NCBI GenBank assembly: GCA_041497895.1
Contig: JBGQHJ010000089.1
Coordinates: 1 to 20,638, forward strand
DNA length: 20,638 nt
Reading direction: 5' to 3'
Source of the DNA: Candidatus Methylomirabilia bacterium
GTDB taxonomy: Bacteria; Methylomirabilota; Methylomirabilia; Rokubacteriales; CSP1-6
In this document: piece by piece, positions 16,033-20,638 of the stretch
How the letters are laid out: every line of letters begins with the position of its first letter
Numbering within the stretch: position 1 is the first letter of the stretch
Program-made: the position numbers and the translations under genes
The notes under the pieces: generated by a model
The model's input: only the letters and a program-made list of their open reading frames with translations
What the model was told of the DNA's origin: nothing
Databases searched by the model: none

Positions 16033-16085
16033 CGCCGGCGCTCCCCTCTCCCCTCTGGGAAGAGGGCCAGGGTGAGGGGGTTCAC
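16029..16085 (-). repeat. BoxC-like palindromic repeat with an 18-aa bridging mini-ORF
   Basis: Plus strand CCCCTCTCCCCTCTGGGAAGAGGGCCAGGGTGAGGGGG (16043-16080) resembles the widespread CCCTCTCCC-n-GGGAGAGGG..GGGTGAGGG repeat; mini-ORF VNPLTLALFPEGRGERRR runs from GTGA (alpha stop) to ATGA (beta start). Confidence 0.7.
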
Positions 16086-16924
16086 AGCGTCACCTCCTTG
16101 TGGCGATGGGCGTGACACTCGATCGTCACCGCGACCGGCAGGCTCGTGATGTGGCAGGGGTACGTGAGGATGTGGATGCCGAAGGCGGTGGTGTCGCCGC
16201 CGTAGCCCTGCGGCCCGATGCCGAGCCGGTTGGCCCGCTCGAGCACCTCGCGCTCCACCGCGGCCACCTCCGGGTCGGGGTTGGGCGTGCCCAGCTCGCG
16301 GAAGAGCGCCTTCTTGCTGAGCCGCGCCGCCTGCTCGAAGGTGCCCCCCACGCCCACTCCCGCGATCAGCGGCGGGCAGGCGTCGGGGCCGGCGGTACGG
16401 ATGCACTCGAGGATCCACTCCTTCACGCCGTCCACGCCCTCGGCCGGGGTCAGCATCTTGTACTTCGAGCGGTTCTCGCAGCCGCCGCCCTTGGCCATGA
16501 TCTGGATCCGGATCGCGGCGCCCGGCACCACGTCGAGGTGGATGACCGCCGGGGTGTTGTCGCCGGTGTTCACCCGGTCGAACGGCGAGCGCACGATGGA
16601 GGCGCGGAGGTAGCCCTCCTTGTAGCCCTGCCGCACGCCCTCGTTGATCGCGTCGGAGAGGCCGCCGCCGGTGACGTGCACGTCCTGGCCGAGCTCGAGG
16701 AAGCACACCACGAAGCCGGTGTCCTGGCAGTACGGGATCTGCTTGGTGCGGGCCAGCTCCGCGTTCTGCTGCAGGATCTGGAGCACCTGGCGACCGGCCG
16801 GGGAGCGCTCCTTCTCGAGCGCCCCCGCGAAGGCCCGGAGCATGTCGGGCTCGAGCGAGTAGTTCGCCTCCATGCAGAGCTTCTTGACCGCGTCGACGAT
16901 GGAGGAGACGTGGATCTCGCGCAT
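16082..16924 (-). CDS. fumA: Class I (Fe-S) fumarate hydratase alpha subunit (TtdA-like family), 280 aa
   Basis: PYCQDTG, GYLRAS, NTGDNTP, KGGGCEN, ACPP..GVGVGGT, LGIGPQGYGG, CHI.SLPVAV..CHA.R; TCA context. Confidence 0.92.
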   Translation of the reverse strand: MREIHVSSIVDAVKKLCMEANYSLEPDMLRAFAGALEKERSPAGRQVLQILQQNAELARTKQIPYCQDTGFVVCFLELGQDVHVTGGGLSDAINEGVRQGYKEGYLRASIVRSPFDRVNTGDNTPAVIHLDVVPGAAIRIQIMAKGGGCENRSKYKMLTPAEGVDGVKEWILECIRTAGPDACPPLIAGVGVGGTFEQAARLSKKALFRELGTPNPDPEVAAVEREVLERANRLGIGPQGYGGDTTAFGIHILTYPCHITSLPVAVTIECHAHRHKEVTL

Positions 16925-16928
16925 GCGG

Positions 16929-17402
16929 CTACTTCTTGGCCATCGAGGCGAAGAATTCCCGCTGCCGGCGGGCCATCTCCTCCGGGGCCGGATCTTCCAC
17001 GTGGGTGGCGAGCCCCCACCGGTGGCCGGACGGATCCTCGACCGAGCCGAAGCGGTCGCCGTAGAACATGTCGGTGACCGGCACCAGCACCTTGGCCCCG
17101 GCCGCGACCGCGCGCTTGAAGGCGGCGTCGACGTCGGCCACGTACACGTACAGCGAGCCGCTCGGCCCCCCCAGCGTGGTCGGCGCGAGGCAGCCCATGG
17201 ACGGCGCCTCGTCGGCCAGCATGATCCGGGAGTTCCCCACCCGGATCTCGGCGTGCATGATGCTCGTGCCGTCCGGGCCCGGCATCCGCATGATCTCTTC
17301 CGCGCCGAAGGCCTTCTTGTAGAACTCGATGGCCTCCGCCGCGTTCCGGACGGTCAGGCCCGGCGTGACCGTCTGATAGCCCTCGCGGACCGGGTTCGGC
17401 AT
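16929..17402 (-). CDS. VOC (glyoxalase/bleomycin-resistance, PhnB-like) family protein, 157 aa
   Basis: GYQTVTP.L.V..AAEAIEFYKKAFGA, IMHAEI.VG.S.IML.D, YV.DVDA.F.RA..AGA, DMFYGDR.G...DP.GH.W. Confidence 0.92.
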   Translation of the reverse strand: MPNPVREGYQTVTPGLTVRNAAEAIEFYKKAFGAEEIMRMPGPDGTSIMHAEIRVGNSRIMLADEAPSMGCLAPTTLGGPSGSLYVYVADVDAAFKRAVAAGAKVLVPVTDMFYGDRFGSVEDPSGHRWGLATHVEDPAPEEMARRQREFFASMAKK

Positions 17403-17413
17403 GTCGTTAGCTC

Positions 17414-19608
<2,195 letters not shown>

Positions 19609-19630
19609 GGTGCATCTCCTCGCTGAAAAG

Positions 19631-20638
19631 TTAGGTGAGAGCGTTCAGGGCGGAGCCCGCCTTGAACCAGCCGATCTGCTCGTCCGTCATGGTGTGGAGG
19701 CACTGGATCGTGACCGTCTTGCCCCCCGCCTTGTGGATCGCCACCTCCACCGGCTTGCCCGGGGTGAGCCCGGCCAGCCCTCGGACGCTGACCCGGTCTG
19801 CCTGCTCGAACAGATCGTAGTCCGACGCCTTGGCGAACGTGAGCGGCAGGATCCCCTGCTTCTTGAGGTTCGTCTCGTGGATGCGGGCGAAGCTCTTGAC
19901 GATCACGACCTTGCAGCCGAGATAGCGCGGCGACATGGCGGCGTGCTCGCGGCTCGACCCCTCGCCGTAGTTCTCGTCGCCGATCACGATGAAGCTCACC
20001 CCGCGCGCCTTGAGGTCGCGCGCGTTCTGGGTGAAGGTCTTGCCCGCCTCGCCGGTGACCGGGTTGACGCCCTTGCCCGCCTCGCCGGTGAAGGCGTTGA
20101 CCGCGCCCAGGAACATGTTGTCGCTGATCCGGTCGAGGTGGCCGCGGAAGCGCAGCCACGCCCCGGCCGGGGAGATGTGGTCGGTGGTGGTCTTGCCCTT
20201 AGTCTTCACTAGGATAGGAAGTTCCCCAAAGTCTCTTCCATCCCAGCGCGGGAAGGGCTGCAGCAGCTGGAGCCGCTCGCTGTTGGGCGCGATGACCACC
20301 TGCACGCCGTCACCGTCGGCGGCCGGCGCCTCGTAGCCCGCGTCGCCCCCCGCGAAGCCCTGCGCGGGCAGCTCCTCGCCCTCGGGTGCGGTGAAGCGGA
20401 ACGGCTTGCCGTCGGGCCCGGGAATGGTCCCGTGCACCGGGTCGAACTCGAGCGTGCCCCCGAAGGCCATCGCGGTGACGATCTCGGGGCTGGTCAGGAA
20501 CGAGAGCGTGGAGGCGCTGCCGTCGTTGCGCCCGGGGAAGTTCCGGTTGAACGAGGAGACGATGGTATTGGTCTCCTCCTTGCCCACGTCGCTGCGCTTC
20601 CACTGCCCGATGCACGGCCCGCACGCGTTCGCGAGCAC
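19631..20638 (-). CDS. acnA: Aconitate hydratase, mitochondrial-like type; C-terminal ~335 aa only (5' part outside window)
   Basis: [12 protein letters not shown] (Fe-S Cys), [60 protein letters not shown]. Confidence 0.95.
   Translation of the reverse strand: MLANACGPCIGQWKRSDVGKEETNTIVSSFNRNFPGRNDGSASTLSFLTSPEIVTAMAFGGTLEFDPVHGTIPGPDGKPFRFTAPEGEELPAQGFAGGDAGYEAPAADGDGVQVVIAPNSERLQLLQPFPRWDGRDFGELPILVKTKGKTTTDHISPAGAWLRFRGHLDRISDNMFLGAVNAFTGEAGKGVNPVTGEAGKTFTQNARDLKARGVSFIVIGDENYGEGSSREHAAMSPRYLGCKVVIVKSFARIHETNLKKQGILPLTFAKASDYDLFEQADRVSVRGLAGLTPGKPVEVAIHKAGGKTVTIQCLHTMTDEQIGWFKAGSALNALT

Noticed and set aside
15454..16924. Calling the two hydro-lyase genes tartrate dehydratase ttdAB
   Set aside because: The position between mdh and sdh and the Lys in KGGG favour fumarase; the residual doubt is recorded as a finding.

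Overview
A very GC-rich, gene-dense bacterial window; gene content and style suggest something like Candidatus Rokubacteria/Methylomirabilota, but that is inference only. The right ~12 kb (8610-20638, minus strand) is one tightly coupled TCA-cycle gene cluster: mitochondrial-type aconitase (5' truncated), icd, mdh, a VOC protein, split class I fumarase alpha/beta, a mycobacterial-Sdh1-like succinate dehydrogenase (anchor, A, B), sucC, sucD, ndk, a membrane PH-domain protein and arfB. It converges on a plus-strand cydA-cydB-TSUP-DUF1634 operon (4979-8584). The left 4.8 kb (minus strand) holds small accessory genes (DUF3455 lipoprotein, DUF2277, PLA2-like lipoprotein, tandem GNAT, YjbQ), then a benzoate-CoA-ligase-family gene with a leaderless-type promoter and a NitT/TauT-type ABC ATPase (3' truncated). 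No rRNA, tRNA, CRISPR or transposase was seen. The most unusual signals are: two unrelated palindromic inserts in the TCA cluster that each form a mini-ORF overlapping the upstream stop and the downstream start (MIRU-like bridging); an acidic substitution in the CoA-ligase substrate pocket; the bd oxidase-TSUP-DUF1634 coupling; and a 42-bp AT-rich synonymous patch in the aconitase gene. All family calls come from motif recognition by eye, not from database searches.
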